Assembly: GCA_013265495.1 (NCBI GenBank) | Contig: MU058198.1 | Location: 3,608,419 to 3,672,418 of the forward strand | Direction of reading: 5' to 3' | From: Vicugna vicugna | Lineage: Eukaryota | Length of the DNA stretch: 64,000 nt | Part shown: positions 38,261-50,107 of the stretch, piece after piece | How the letters are laid out: every line of letters begins with the position of its first letter | How positions within the stretch are numbered: the first letter of the stretch is position 1 | Translations under genes and position numbers: made by a program | The notes under the pieces: model-generated | Seen by the model: the letters and a program-made list of their open reading frames with translations, nothing else | Told to the model about the DNA's origin: nothing | The model's database searches: none

Positions 38261-39026
38261 TTTACTGAGAATGGCCTTTAGAAAGACTCTGAACATGGTG
38301 CCTGTCCTCCAGGACCCCACGGTCCAGAGTTTATAAAGTAGATTTCAACAACAACAGCAAAAAAATCAGTTTTATTTTGTATATAGTCTCTGACTGCCCC
38401 TCCTGCCAAGTGATACAATCCCCGAATGGTAGTGTATTTAATGCATGCAAATTCAACATATTTGGTTGCAAACTGCTAAAGTAACAATGTAAACATGCAG
38501 CCAGTTTCTTCCGCTCTTTCTCCTTAATTGCCGTTGCTCCTGGGTGAGATGGAGGTGTGGGTCCATGTTCCTGCTCACTCTGCTTCTGCACGGCCTGCAC
38601 ATTATGCACTTCTCTCTGAGTGTGATTCTAGTGTTTCCATGTACGTACTTCTTACGCAGTATGGACCTAAACACAAGCTGATGACTTCCTGTGGTGCTGA
38701 TCTAAGAAACAGCATTCTGTTCCCAAATCAGCGGAAGATCGTGCAGCTTAAGTGATCTTCAGAGAGCATGTGATTTTGAGTATACGTGCCCTTGAACCTT
38801 AGTTAACTTTAGAAATTTAATCATTTGCCGGTTGTAACATCAGTGTCCCTAAGAGTTTGACTTCAGTAAAGGACAAGGTGCAGAAGCTGCAGGCATTGCT
38901 TATTTTGGTGTAAAGCCTCTCCTTGCTGTGAAGTCCAGGTTTAATGATCTCTCCCTCTCTTCCCCTCCCTCCCTCCTTTCCCCTTTCCCTCTCCCCTTCC
39001 TCCTTCCCTTGTTTCCTCTTTTGCAG

Positions 39027-39109
39027 TCTGCTGTTTTGTCGTGCACAAGCGGTGCCATGAATTTGTCACTTTCTCCTGCCCAGGCGCTGACAAGGGCCCA
39101 GCCTCCGAT
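39027..39109 (+). CDS. PRKCB: Internal coding exon of protein kinase C beta (equivalent to human exon 3, about residues V69-D96, C-terminal half of the C1A DAG/phorbol-binding zinc finger)
   Basis: Long polypyrimidine tract and ttgcag acceptor (AG 39025-39026); donor GAT|gtaagt (GT 39110-39111). The 83 bp translate (phase 1 start, phase 0 end) to (V)[27 protein letters not shown]. The GPASD ending matches PKC-beta; PKC-alpha has GPDTD. Confidence 0.97.
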
Positions 39110-39794
39110 GTAAGTAACGGGCACTGGCCGCCTCTCTCTCTCCATAGCCAGTGCATCCTTTTGGGTAACTGTGAGCACACTGAGACAAAACAGTCAGGAT
39201 GTTCTCATTCCAAGGCATGTTGTGGTCCCTACAGCCTCCGAGACAATATTCATTTTAATGGAAAAAATAAAGCAAAACATTTTGAGCGGGATAGATGACT
39301 GCAAGAAACCAGCTAGTTTTCCTCCTATGATTTTGCAGAATGTCTTCGTCTTTATGACGGAGGCATGAGAGTCACGGGCAGGGGTTGGATTGCTACGGAT
39401 GCTGTAAAAAAGTAGTTAAGATGGTACCTTACAATGTGCTTTATAGCCCTTTGGGATGGGATTTTTGTTACTAGGGCTCAAGAATTACAAGGAAATGAGT
39501 TTATCCTGCTACTGTGGAGCCCACGGTGTGATTACTGCTGAAGCGCAAGGGATGCTTCTGGGTAAAACAGGCAAATGATTTTTGTTTGATCATTATGAAG
39601 TTATTTTAATATGGATTGGAAAAATGTATCTAGTAGTTGTTTTGCATTTATGGTAGGGATATAAAATTTCCTACCTAAGTGAAGTTATTTAGGTTAAACC
39701 AAAGATAAAATGACTCAAGGAAAACATTAAGTGAATGTCAGTGTGAGTGCTGTAAGCTTACGGCAGAAGTCTTGGTACAAGTTTACCCCAAATT

Positions 39795-40280
39795 TGGGGT
39801 AGTTGCCCACCCCAACAGCCATTCCTAGCCCTCCCTCTTTTCTTTCTGGCAGAGAACACCTCTCATGCCAAGAGCTGAAGATGCCTCATACTTGCTTTCC
39901 CAAGCTCTCTTGTAGCTAGTGAGTGAGCATGGGACCCAATTCTGCTCAGTGGGACCTGCGGGGAAGTCTGGGCAGGCCTCCCAAGAAAGACTTCCCGTTC
40001 TAATAAGGGAAGACATTCCTTTCTTGGTTCTGTTGGGCACTTTTGTATGAGGATATAATACACGGAGTTGTGGCAACCCTTTTGGGTCAATGAGGGAGAT
40101 ATGAATGACATCCTGAGCTTGGAAGTGTTGAAAGGACCTGGGTCATTGATGACACTGGTGAGCTGCTGAATCAATTCTGAGTTCTCTTAGGCTCAGACTG
40201 CATATGTGAGACCTGAAGCTTCTCTCAGCGGTGTGGTCTCACTGTTTGGGGTCTTCTTTCCACGCAGCTGAAACTGTCCT
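39795..40280 (+). mobile_element. Old MaLR LTR (MLT1-like)
   Basis: ttcccaagctctcttgtagctagtgagtgagcatgggaccc...cgcagctgaaactgtcct. Confidence 0.55.
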
Positions 40281-43200
40281 GGATGGACCTTCTACCATGC
40301 ACACTCTTCTATTGACCCATTCACGAAACTGCATTCCACGTACCTGCTGTGCAGCCCTCCACCCACTCTAGTTCTCTTCTTTTGTTCCTGGTTTAGTTTA
40401 CCTTCCTGGAATTTTCCCCATTGGTTTGGTTTCCCACTGGTCCTGTCTGGCTCACCTCAGCCTGCTGGAAGTGGCTGGTGACTTCATTTTGTCACTGCAT
40501 GTCTTTGACTCTTACTAGCCTTCTGCAAGTGGTCACATGCCATTTTGCTGCAGATCAAGGACGTTATCTACTGCCTTGACACCGTGGATGCTCTAGAGTT
40601 TACACTGCACTTACTTTGCTTGGAAGCTGTGGTAGTTGGGTTTAAGAACTCCAAGAAACATGGAACAACCAAAGCCCTCACAGGTGTGTTTGCAGGGATG
40701 AAGATGGGACCCTTCCCCGTGTTCTGTCAGGTCACACTCCCTGACCCCTTTAGCGCAGTTCCTTCTCTCATCCCCAGGAAAGCAGGCAGGGAAGTTTGGG
40801 AGGACAGTCTGGTCCATGATGCAGCTCTGAGTGTTCCTGCAGACCAAGGCTTGATACAAAGCAACCGAGAAGACGGTGTTTCTCATATCCCGCCTGTATT
40901 TGTTGACTTTTACTGTTGCCTAAGATAGACACTCGTCTCAAACTGTTTTATGTGAAAAGGGGAATTTTGGTCCCTGAAATGGAAAAGCCCAAGGGTAGGC
41001 TGGCTTCAGACACAGTGAATCACGGTGCTGAAATGAGGTCCTCAGGAATCTTTTTCTCCATGTCTTAGCACAACCTTCCTTTGTCTTGGCTTCTGTTTCA
41101 AGGAGGTTTTTTCTCCTATGGGAGCATGAAGTCTGCAGTTAGTCTCATGTCTTTTCAGCGCTACAATTCCAGTGAGCTAAAGTCTCATTGGACCCTGGGT
41201 CATACATAAGCAGAAAGATGGGTATGGTCATTGTCAGGCCTGATGATGTGTCTGTGTGCCCACCCTATGATTTGAGAATGGAGGTCCCTAAGAGGAAAGC
41301 CAGAGAAGCAGTATGGCATACTGGTTAAAATCATAGACAGTGGATGGAGCCAGCATTGCTAGGCTCAAATACTTGTGACCACGGGCAAAGTACTTAAATC
41401 TCTTTGTGCTTTGGATTCCTCCATTGAAAATGGATAAAATAATACCGTATACCTACCTTATAACCTTGCCACTATTATCCAATGTATACACATCCGTAAA
41501 AGCCCACTTAGGACAGTGGTCCGTAGCAAGAGCTGTATAGGCGGAGATGATGACGACAGTGATAATGAGTAACGGTGAATGCATGCTGGGCAGACAGCGA
41601 GGACAGCTGTCTACCAGGTAAGTCTGAAGAATGAATAGGCCCTCTGCCTGCCACCTGGCAGTCCTTCCCAGGAGTGTGGAGGCGCCATAAGTCGTATGAG
41701 ACCCTGCTCCATATGAATGGAGCAGTGCCGCCATTCATTGCCTTGGGCAGTACTCCCTGCAGCCAGCAGGTGTAGAATTTGGCAGCTTACCTGAAATAAT
41801 TCTATCTCTGGTCCCAGTTCCAAGAAGACCAGTTGGCACTGAAGATGATGAATTAGTCCAGACTCCTGAACTGGCTTGACTCGGTACATTTCAGTCCATG
41901 GTGGGGGACGTGATTAAAGATCCAGCTACACCTGCTCGCCAACCTGGCCAGGCTTTCTGAGGCTCACGCAGGGAGGGAGGGGCACCCTCCTCCTGGGTGA
42001 CCTTGGAGGCACTGGGGAGCCACAAGGTCATGGAGCAGAAAAGTGCAATATCCATCCATGAGAGAGGAATGTGCTAGCTTTTGTCCTCTACCCTCTGCTT
42101 TGCAAGACCAGTCTGAGCCAGGGAATGTTCTGGATATCAGTAGAATTTTGTGGAGTTGGTGTTTCTTTAGGCCTACATCATGGCATCCGAGGGAATTTTA
42201 TGAATCAGGCTCTGCCCCAGTGAACCCACTACTGACCCAACCATTCATTGCCAATGGGAATAAACAATATATATGGGTACCCACCACTGGGAGACCTCAA
42301 GACATGTCAGAGTTCCTGGGTGGTACCTCTGCTCATCTCCAGGCAGCCTGTTGGTTCTTGGTCTCATCTGGGCAGTGGGACCCAAATCTCTGGTACTACC
42401 ATAGGCATTACATATGGACATTATAGTCACAGAGCACTTAGACTACTGACCACATGCAGAGTGTCCTGAGAAATCTTCTCAGAACAGAAAGAGGAGGACT
42501 TGACCCCGAGGGCTGAGATTAGGATGAGTCAAGTACGTGCTCTGGGCACAAACATTAAGGGGTTCTCGCCTGTGTCTATGGATATCTGGTGGCTGGATGA
42601 TCTAGGATGGCCCATTCACATGACTGGCAGTGAGCTGGTTTTTGGCCTGGGTGACTTGATTCTCCCCCACGTGGCCACTCATCATCCAGCTGGCCAGCCC
42701 TGGCTCGTTCACATGGTGGTTTCAGGGTTCAAAGAAGGGCAGGAGAGAAAACCCCAATGCATCAGTGATTTTTCAGTCTGTGCATCGCATTTGATAATGT
42801 CCCACTGGGCCAAGGAGTCTCACGGCCAAGCCCAAATTCAAGTGGTAAAGAAACAGATTTCACTCTTCATGGGAGGAGAAGAATCGCTGGTCAAGCTACT
42901 ACAGATCCTGTTGACCCAAGGGGCCACTGTGGAACAAAGCCACCGGAGACCATCACACTGGACTTCGTGAAAGGCCCGCAGGTCTCAGTGTGGGTCAGAG
43001 AGTCATAGATGGCCTCGTTAGGGGAGCACGTCCCACGTCGTCCATGTGTTCCCTGTCCCAGGCCCCTTCCAGCTAAAAATGGGAAGTTGGGCAATTTATG
43101 GATTACGCCCAAAGTCAGTGGTCCACAGACGTGTGGCCTCTGAAGTCAGTCGTACCTGAGTTCAGGTCCTGACTCTGCCTCTTACTTAGGAAGTGACCTT

Positions 43201-43293
43201 AGGTGTGGCATTTCCCTGCTTTGTGACTTGGTTTCCGTATCCATAAACTGGGACGTTGGTACCAACCGCATAGGTTTGTTGTAATGATTTTTT

Positions 43294-43446
43294 TTTAATG
43301 TACTGCATTTCTTATTTATTTATTTTTTTAGGGGGAGGTAATTAGATTTATTTGCTTATTTATTTTTGGAGGAGGTACTGGGGATTGAACCCAGGACATT
43401 GTGTATGCTAAGCATGTGCTCTACTACTTGAGCTATACCCTCTCTC
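43294..43446 (-). mobile_element. tRNA-Ala-derived SINE (camelid Vic-1-type) inserted in a MIR
   Basis: Reverse complement agggtatagctcaagtagtagagcacatgcttagcat...gggttcaatccccagtacctcc...ctaattacctccccc; TSD ttgtaat(g/a)atttttt at 43279-43293 and 43447-43461. Confidence 0.9.
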
Positions 43447-43729
43447 TTGTAATAATTTTTTAAAAAATCCTTAAAAATGAAAAACTGGAACAAGAACAAA
43501 AGGATTAACAGTAAATGGACGAAGGAGCCCTTGCACAAAGTTGCTCAGCGTGGCACCATCACGTTGTAAGCCCTTGTGCAGGTGGCTGAGGGTGTTTCGA
43601 CTGCTCCGCCTATCTCCCTAACTGTGAACGTGCTGATAATTCTCTCCATTTCTCCACCCAGACCATATCCTTCTGAAGTAATTACTGTTTGCATTACCAG
43701 TACTTTACACAAAACCTCAAATTCCGGGG

Positions 43730-43990
43730 TGCAGTGCTGAGAAAAGAACCTAGACTTGGGAGCCAGAAAACCTTGGTGTCAGATTCCAGCGCTGACGTTG
43801 ACTGCTCCATTGATCTTGGGAAGATAATTTTAGTTCTGTGACCCTTAGTTTGTATCTTTAACTTGGGGAAAATAATACGTAAATCATAGTTTTTTCAGTG
43901 AGTATTCCCTGAGAGACTGCCTGAATCACCTCCAGAAGAGTGTCTGGCACAAAGAAGGCACTCAGTAAATGGCTTCTAAATTATTATTAA
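43730..43990 (+). mobile_element. MIR SINE
   Basis: gacttgggagccagaaaacc...gtgtctggcacaaagaaggcactcagtaaatg. Confidence 0.7.
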
Positions 43991-44759
43991 TCCCTGGAGG
44001 AGGCTTTCCTACTCAAGGAAAGATGGAGGTTACACTCTGACCTGCCAAGGAATAACGTTACTGTAACAGCGAACTTTATTGAGCAGAGGCGCTGTGCCAG
44101 GCAAAACAAAAGTACAAAAGGACTCTTTAGCTGGTTTGTCTAAAGATACTTTCTTCAACATTTTATGGCTTTAGAAATAATTTCTTATCATTTATGGCGA
44201 AGGTACAGAATAAAACTCAGTGTTATGCACTGTGTCTTTCTTGATTCCATCACTAAATCAGGTCAGCGAAAGATCACAGGCACTCATGTTGAGTGTATCC
44301 TTTTGTGTTTCTTAACCAAGTCTTGTTTTATGAAGAAATATATTAAAAGTGATAAATCATGTGTTAAATGTTGAAGATTTAATAAAAGGGAAGTAAAAGG
44401 AAATTTGAAAAAGAATATGTTACGTTTCTATAGTAGAAAGAATATGCATAGAAATGCCAGTGGGTTTAAAATCTGGTTGAAGTGGGTGATTTTCTAGGGA
44501 ATTTAAAATGGGCAATTTTGTCTCAGGAAGAAATTGAAAATCAGAACAGGCAAATAACCAAGAGAGAAATGAGAACATTGCATTGCCCAAGGAGCTTGCC
44601 TTTTCCCAAGGACCCAGAATAATAGGCTTCATGGGTAAATTATTTTAAACTTTAGAAGAGTGAAGGATTTCTGTTCATTTTATTTTACTTTATTTTTTTC
44701 TATTTTCATAATAAGGAACCTGTTGTTTTAAAATATCTTTGTCTTTTTTGAGATGCTTC

Positions 44760-44927
44760 ACTTTTTCATTGAAGGACAGTTGATGTACAATATTATGTAA
44801 GTTACAGGGGTACAATATAGTGATCCACAATTTTTAAAGGTTATACTCCATTTCTAGTTATTATAAAATATTGGTTATATTCCCTGTATTGTATAATGTA
44901 TCCTTGTAGCTTATTTTATACACAGTC
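44760..44927 (-). mobile_element. Short L1 3' end (older subfamily than the young copies)
   Basis: attgaaggacagttgatgtacaatattatgtaagttacagg...aatttttaaaggttatactccattt. Confidence 0.8.
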
Positions 44928-45147
44928 TGTTTATTTTAAATCATATCAAGTTATAGAGAAATAAAAAACTTTGACAATTTTTTTAAAGTTGAAAGTGAGA
45001 TAAATCCAACTCAAATTAGCAATAGGAAAAGAGATTGGCTCAAGAGAAGGACATTGAGAATGGATTAAAAGCTTCAGGGACAAGGGCTTCAGACAATGGA
45101 ACTGAGGAATTAGTCCTTGTAAAAGCTAATACTTCCTCATTATCCAC

Positions 45148-45652
45148 TGTTATCAGTTAACTTTGCTGTGTAACAAACCATCCCAAAGTTTTGTGACTTA
45201 AAACAACAGTCATTTATTATTTCTCATGATTCTGTGGGCTGTTTGGGTCATTGTTTTGATCCGGGTCTATTCAGCTGGTCTCTGCTGGGCTCTCTCATGT
45301 GGTTGGTCAGTGAGTGGCTTGGCTGGTACTGGATCACCTAGGACGGCAACTGATACCTGGCAGCCTGTTGGCTGGGGTGCTTCATTCCTCCTCCTTATGG
45401 TCTCTTTTCCTCCATTAGGCTAGTTTAGGCTCATCTACACACCAGTCTCAGGGTTCCAAGCACAGCAAGAGAGGAAAATCCCCCAAACTCGGGTGTTTTT
45501 CAAGCTTTTATTTCTGTTGCAGTGGTTATGGCCAAGACTAGATTCAAGGGTGGAGGAATATACTTCAGCTCTGGATGGGAGAGGCTGCAAAGTTACACTG
45601 CAAGGGTGCATACAGCATTGGGGTGGACTGTATGGCCACTTTGCAGTCTACC
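45148..45652 (-). mobile_element. MaLR LTR (MLT1F/H-like)
   Basis: tgttatcagttaactttgctgtgtaacaaaccatcccaaa...gacttaaaacaac. Confidence 0.75.
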
Positions 45653-45654
45653 CT

Positions 45655-46105
45655 GCTCACCCTCATCTGCTGTTCCAGCTTTCTTGTTTACCCTTCCAGT
45701 TCCTGTCTGCTTTGTCCCTCAGAGACTGACCTATAAGGACTGCATCAGTGGAGGTTCCCTTACCCTCTGACTTCTGGTTGGGCTCAAGGGGAGGGACTAA
45801 TAGGAGATGGGAGGGTGAAAGGAAAGTGAGCCTGGGGTCTTTATCGTCGAGTCATCTTGGCTCTACACTTTGAAGGTCACTGCTCCTCCAAAAACAGTCC
45901 CTTGTACACAGTTCTCTCCTTTTGGGTTCCAAGAGCTACTCTCTTTCCTTGTCCCTTTGCTCTTTCTGGCTCCCACTTACTGCACTGTCCTTCATGGTTT
46001 CCCAACACCATGCCCGCACCTTTGTAAACAGTCCTTTTATGAAACCTGCCTTAAACTCTCTTAATTTCAGTATGCCATTTGTTTCCTGGCAAAGACTATC
46101 AGACT
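45655..46105. mobile_element. ERVL LTR (LTR33-like)
   Basis: gactgacctataaggactgcatc...ccctctgacttctggttggg...tttgtaaacagtccttttatgaaac. Confidence 0.6.
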
Positions 46106-46349
46106 GGATAAATGTACAATTCTAGGCAACGTATAAGAGAAATTTAAACATGGATTAAAAGTAAAAGAGGCAAAGATATACCCCGAAAACACACATGAAT
46201 ATAAACATGGTATTAGTAATAATATCAAAAGAAGTAGAACTCAAAGCAAAAGGCAGAAACAGGAGGAAGAGGTGGAAAGTGCATTCTCATATATGACTGA
46301 TGAGTGTGTAAATTAGCACAGTTTTTCTCAAGAGAAAATTACCAAAATG

Positions 46350-46450
46350 GGAGATTGGCCAAGATGTCCCTGAGCTCACTTCCTCTCACGAGCACACCAA
46401 AATCACATCTACCCGCAGAACAACCATCAATGGAAAAATTGGAACCTACC
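46350..46450 (+). mobile_element. Isolated L1 extreme-5' (5'UTR start) fragment with TSDs, inside an old L1 (about 46290-46990)
   Basis: ggccaagatg...ccctgagctcacttcctctcacgagcacaccaaaatcac...cagaacaaccatc...ggaacctacc resembles a laurasiatherian L1 5' end; flanked by agaaaattaccaa(a/t)atg. Confidence 0.75.
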
Positions 46451-47100
46451 AGAAAATTACCAATATGTGTCAAAAGGCTTAATGACCTTTTTGACCTAAC
46501 AATGACTAAACTTAATCTTTTTTGACCTAAGAATTTCAATTCTAGGAACTTTTGCTAGGTGATTATTTAAGGGTACATGTATATATTTAGCTAAAGTGAC
46601 ATTCATTGCATCGGTATTTATACTAGCAAAAATTTGGAAACAACCTATATAGCTGCTGATTGGAGTTTCTGTAAGTAAAACATTCCAGTATGATGGGATG
46701 CTGTGCAGTGAATAAAATGTCATAGTGTCTGGGGTGATGGAAATGCTCTGTGTCTTGACTGGGATGGTGCGAGAGACAGGTGCACACATTTTTCAAAACC
46801 CATGAAACTGTATGCTTGAAACTGGTACATTATTGTATGTCAATGATGCTTCCGTAAAAAGTCCCAGTGATCAAAGTGTTACCGACATGGGCATATATAG
46901 TCATTATATACTGCCAAATGAAAAACGCAGATGACACAGCATATGTATGGTATATATCAAAAAATACACAAATATACAGGCATGTAAAAACAAAAGGCCA
47001 CATTAGCTAAACATGTTTTGGTGGCCATGTGTCAGTTCTGCTCAGTGTCTGATTCCAGCCTGTTGCCTGCAGAACTCTGAGAAAGACTTCAGGAATTTCT

Positions 47101-47218
47101 TTTTGAGGGGCAGGTAATTAAGTTTATTCATTTATTTATTTAATGGAGGTACTGGGGATTGAACCCAGGACCTTGTACATGCTAAGCATGCGCTCTACCA
47201 CTGAGCTATATCCTCCCC
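47101..47218 (-). mobile_element. tRNA-Ala-derived SINE (Vic-1-type)
   Basis: Reverse complement ggggaggatatagctcagtggtagagcgcatgcttagcatgtacaaggtcctgggttcaatccccagtacctcca; A and B boxes intact; about 16-bp TSD at 47085-47100 and 47223-47238. Confidence 0.92.
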
Positions 47219-49802
47219 TGCTGAGTTTGGGAATTTCTGTAACTGGTTTCTACAGTCTCGTTTTTGATGCCCCTTCACCTCCAGATGGACTCAGCCTTCC
47301 CACTGAATTTGGTTAAAATCAAACCTGAGTGAAGGCTTGGGTATAATTGTAAGCAATTATAGTTGCTTCCAGACGTGGTTACTCTTAAGATCTTCCATCA
47401 GCTTAGTCCCCCAGATGAGACTTTTCAGGTTCTCCTGATAAGATTCTGGCCCTTGATGAGCCAATTCAGCTTCGGCCCCAGAGGAGGGAAGTCCTCACTC
47501 TGTCCCAGGCCCCACCCATTTCCTGCCTCAGCACTGGGGGCAGTAGGACATAACTGTCTTCAGAGAAAGGGCCCACCTCTTCTTACATCACATTGTCTGG
47601 TCTCCTTGGCTCAGATAAAGCAACACAACAGTCGATTGCACTCTTCTCAAAGCCTGGGGGGTTCAGTCTTATGTAACTCCATGTGGGGACACCCCACAGT
47701 TCAGTTCTGATGATGCTCCAAGACCGTCTGGTTCCTTCCAGGAGGTGAAGCCACAGTTAGGGTTGAACATCCCTCTTGGCATCATGGTAGGCCCTCATCA
47801 TCACCTGGACCAAAAACTCATCTGTATCTCTCAAGGATAAATAATATCAGGGCCGATTCAGTCTAAACAGTACAGTCTCCCTCTTTCTCTCTCATGTATT
47901 TATTAACTGTCTAAATCTGGAAATGCACCAGAACTATCAGTTATTGCCTAACACTGCGATCTATGACTTCCGCATTCACAACAAAAGTGCTCAGTAACCA
48001 GGGGTGTGTGTTACCAAATGGCAAAAGGACGCCTCACAGGGGAGCTGGATGCTCTCCGAGGGTTGGCCTGTCTAGCTCAAAATCTAGGCTGTCATGAAAT
48101 GTCCAAAAGCTATTGTATAGATTTTTTGGCATATCTTCAAAGGACAGAATCAGGACTGAGGACCTAAGGAAGAACAGCCCAACGGGCTGCTGGATAAGGG
48201 TTTAACTCTCCATCCCAGGAGAGCAAAGAGCAACTGTCATGGGTGCTGTAGAGGGCTGTCTGGGGTAGATGTGGGTTTCTGCCCCGTTGGTGCTTCTTTT
48301 ACTAGTTAGTGTTGTTTGGTTGCTTGCAATTGAGTTTGCTTGTTTTAAAGGAATTTATTGGAGCCGGTATAACATGCTTTAGAGAATTGGAAGAAGTCTT
48401 CCTGAACAACCAGACCACTTGTATCTGATTTTGGTTCTTGTGTTGCTTTGGCCCTAAATTCAAATTCCAGAAAGAGATACATTATTTGTGATGCTTAAGT
48501 TACCCAGCCAGTCCCTTGGTTGGGGCTTTAAGGTGTTTCGTCCAAGACAGTGAGAGGGGGATGGCTCTTCAAAGGAGAACTGGGGCACTGCTACCGAAAA
48601 AAGAGACAGAGATGTTTGTAGATCAAAACAGTGCACCTCCACTACCATTTCTAAATGCCGCTTTGCAGAATACAGTCAGGTCAGACGCTTAAGGGTTATT
48701 TGGGTAGCCTGCTAAGAAGACCTTGCCTGAAAGAACACAGACAGGGATCTGGGGATCTGTATTTTAAAGTCCTTCAGGTAATTCTGCTGGTTAGCCAAGT
48801 TCGGAAACATAAGACTGTATCATTTAGTGATTCTGAAACCAGAATGAAGGGGTTTGAATTCCAGGTTTGCCACTAACTAGCTGAATAATCTTGGACTAGT
48901 TACCTCATCTCTCTGCCTCAGGTTCTTCATCTGAAAGAAGAGGATAAAATGGCACCCTCCTCCTGGGGTTCAGATGGGGATTCAGTGAATTAATCCATGT
49001 TAAAGGCTGCTTGCCATGGAGGTGCTAATTAATATTGTTTCCACCAATGGTCTTTTCACTTCTTAGAGTGTGTTTCAGGGGTCCAGCCTCATTTTCTGGC
49101 ATAGCCGGCATCCCTCTTGCTTGCCACAAAATGGAAATACAGAGGCACTTCCCATGGGTTGGTTGGGGGAAAAGTCTAATAAAAAATGATGGTCATGTGA
49201 CAAAACGTGGTTCTTCTGACCTTGAAGTGAATTCCACCTCTTTCTCCTGCTCCCGTTTACCACGTGTCAGTGATGGCATCTGCAATGCAGAACCCGCATG
49301 TAAAGGTCAGAATGAATTGCTTCTCAGCAGCCCTTTGTCCCTCCCTGTCACAAAGACACAGAGCTTCACACTGTGGAGGAAGAAGCAAATCCGTAGTGTG
49401 CAGTGTCTGGAGAACGGAAACCAACCGTTTCTCCTGCGCACAAAGAGGAGAGGAGCTGGGACGAAATGAGGCGGGATGTCCTGTCTTATGAATTATTTTG
49501 GCTTCTCCTGTATGGCAGGTGGGACCAGCCTCAGAGCCTAATAAAGGCAATTTCCCAGAAGGTCTGACTGTGGAGGCTGCAGGCTTGGGGGAAATAGAGA
49601 AACCAAAGACCAATGACTCTGGAGAGAGGCAGCCTGGAGGGATGTGAAAGGCTTAGTCCTGGAGTCAGAAGGGCCTCCCACAGCTCCAGGGGTCTGGGAG
49701 TCCACGACTTCCAAGTATTTTACTTAAATAATAATATCCGAAAGCCAGGACTCGTAGATATAATTCTGTTTTAAGCACTTTGCATATAGTATCTCTTTAT
49801 TC

Positions 49803-50107
49803 TTTTTTTTTTAACTGTCACTTTTAAAATTTGCTTTCTTTTTACTGAAGTATAGTCAGTTACAATGTGTCAGTTTCTGGTGTATAGCATGTTTCTGTCA
49901 TATATACATATATTTGTTTTCATATCCGTTTTCATTATAGGTTACTATAAGATATTGAATATAGTTCACCATGCTATACAATAGGAACTTGTTTGTCTAT
50001 TTTATACATGGTAGTTATATCTGCAAGTCTTGAACTCCTAATTTATCCCTTCCCACCCCCTTTACCTCCTGGTAACTGTAAGTTTATTCTCTACGTCTGT
50101 GAGTTTC
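49803..50107 (-). mobile_element. Short young L1 3' end inserted in a MIR
   Basis: L1 3'UTR; TSD tctctttattc at 49792-49802 and 50108-50118; MIR resumes (ttacagataaggaaactgaggct). Confidence 0.92.

Larger units (their letters stand above)
1..39026 (+). other. PRKCB: PRKCB intron upstream of the exon (3' part of the long intron 2)
   Basis: No other PKC-like coding sequence seen; repeat-dense; ends in a canonical acceptor. Confidence 0.85.

Noticed and set aside
39041..39298. 85-aa [14 protein letters not shown]... as a stand-alone gene
   Set aside because: It is the PRKCB exon read from an internal GTG codon through the donor site into intron; similarity stops at GPASD.
47145..47216. tRNA-Ala(AGC) gene
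   Set aside because: The tRNA-like head continues into the SINE body and tail and has TSDs; three related copies lie in the window.
47240..48200. Possible ERV internal region or pseudogene
   Set aside because: Unique-looking, but I could not recognise a family or reading frame; left unannotated pending a database search.
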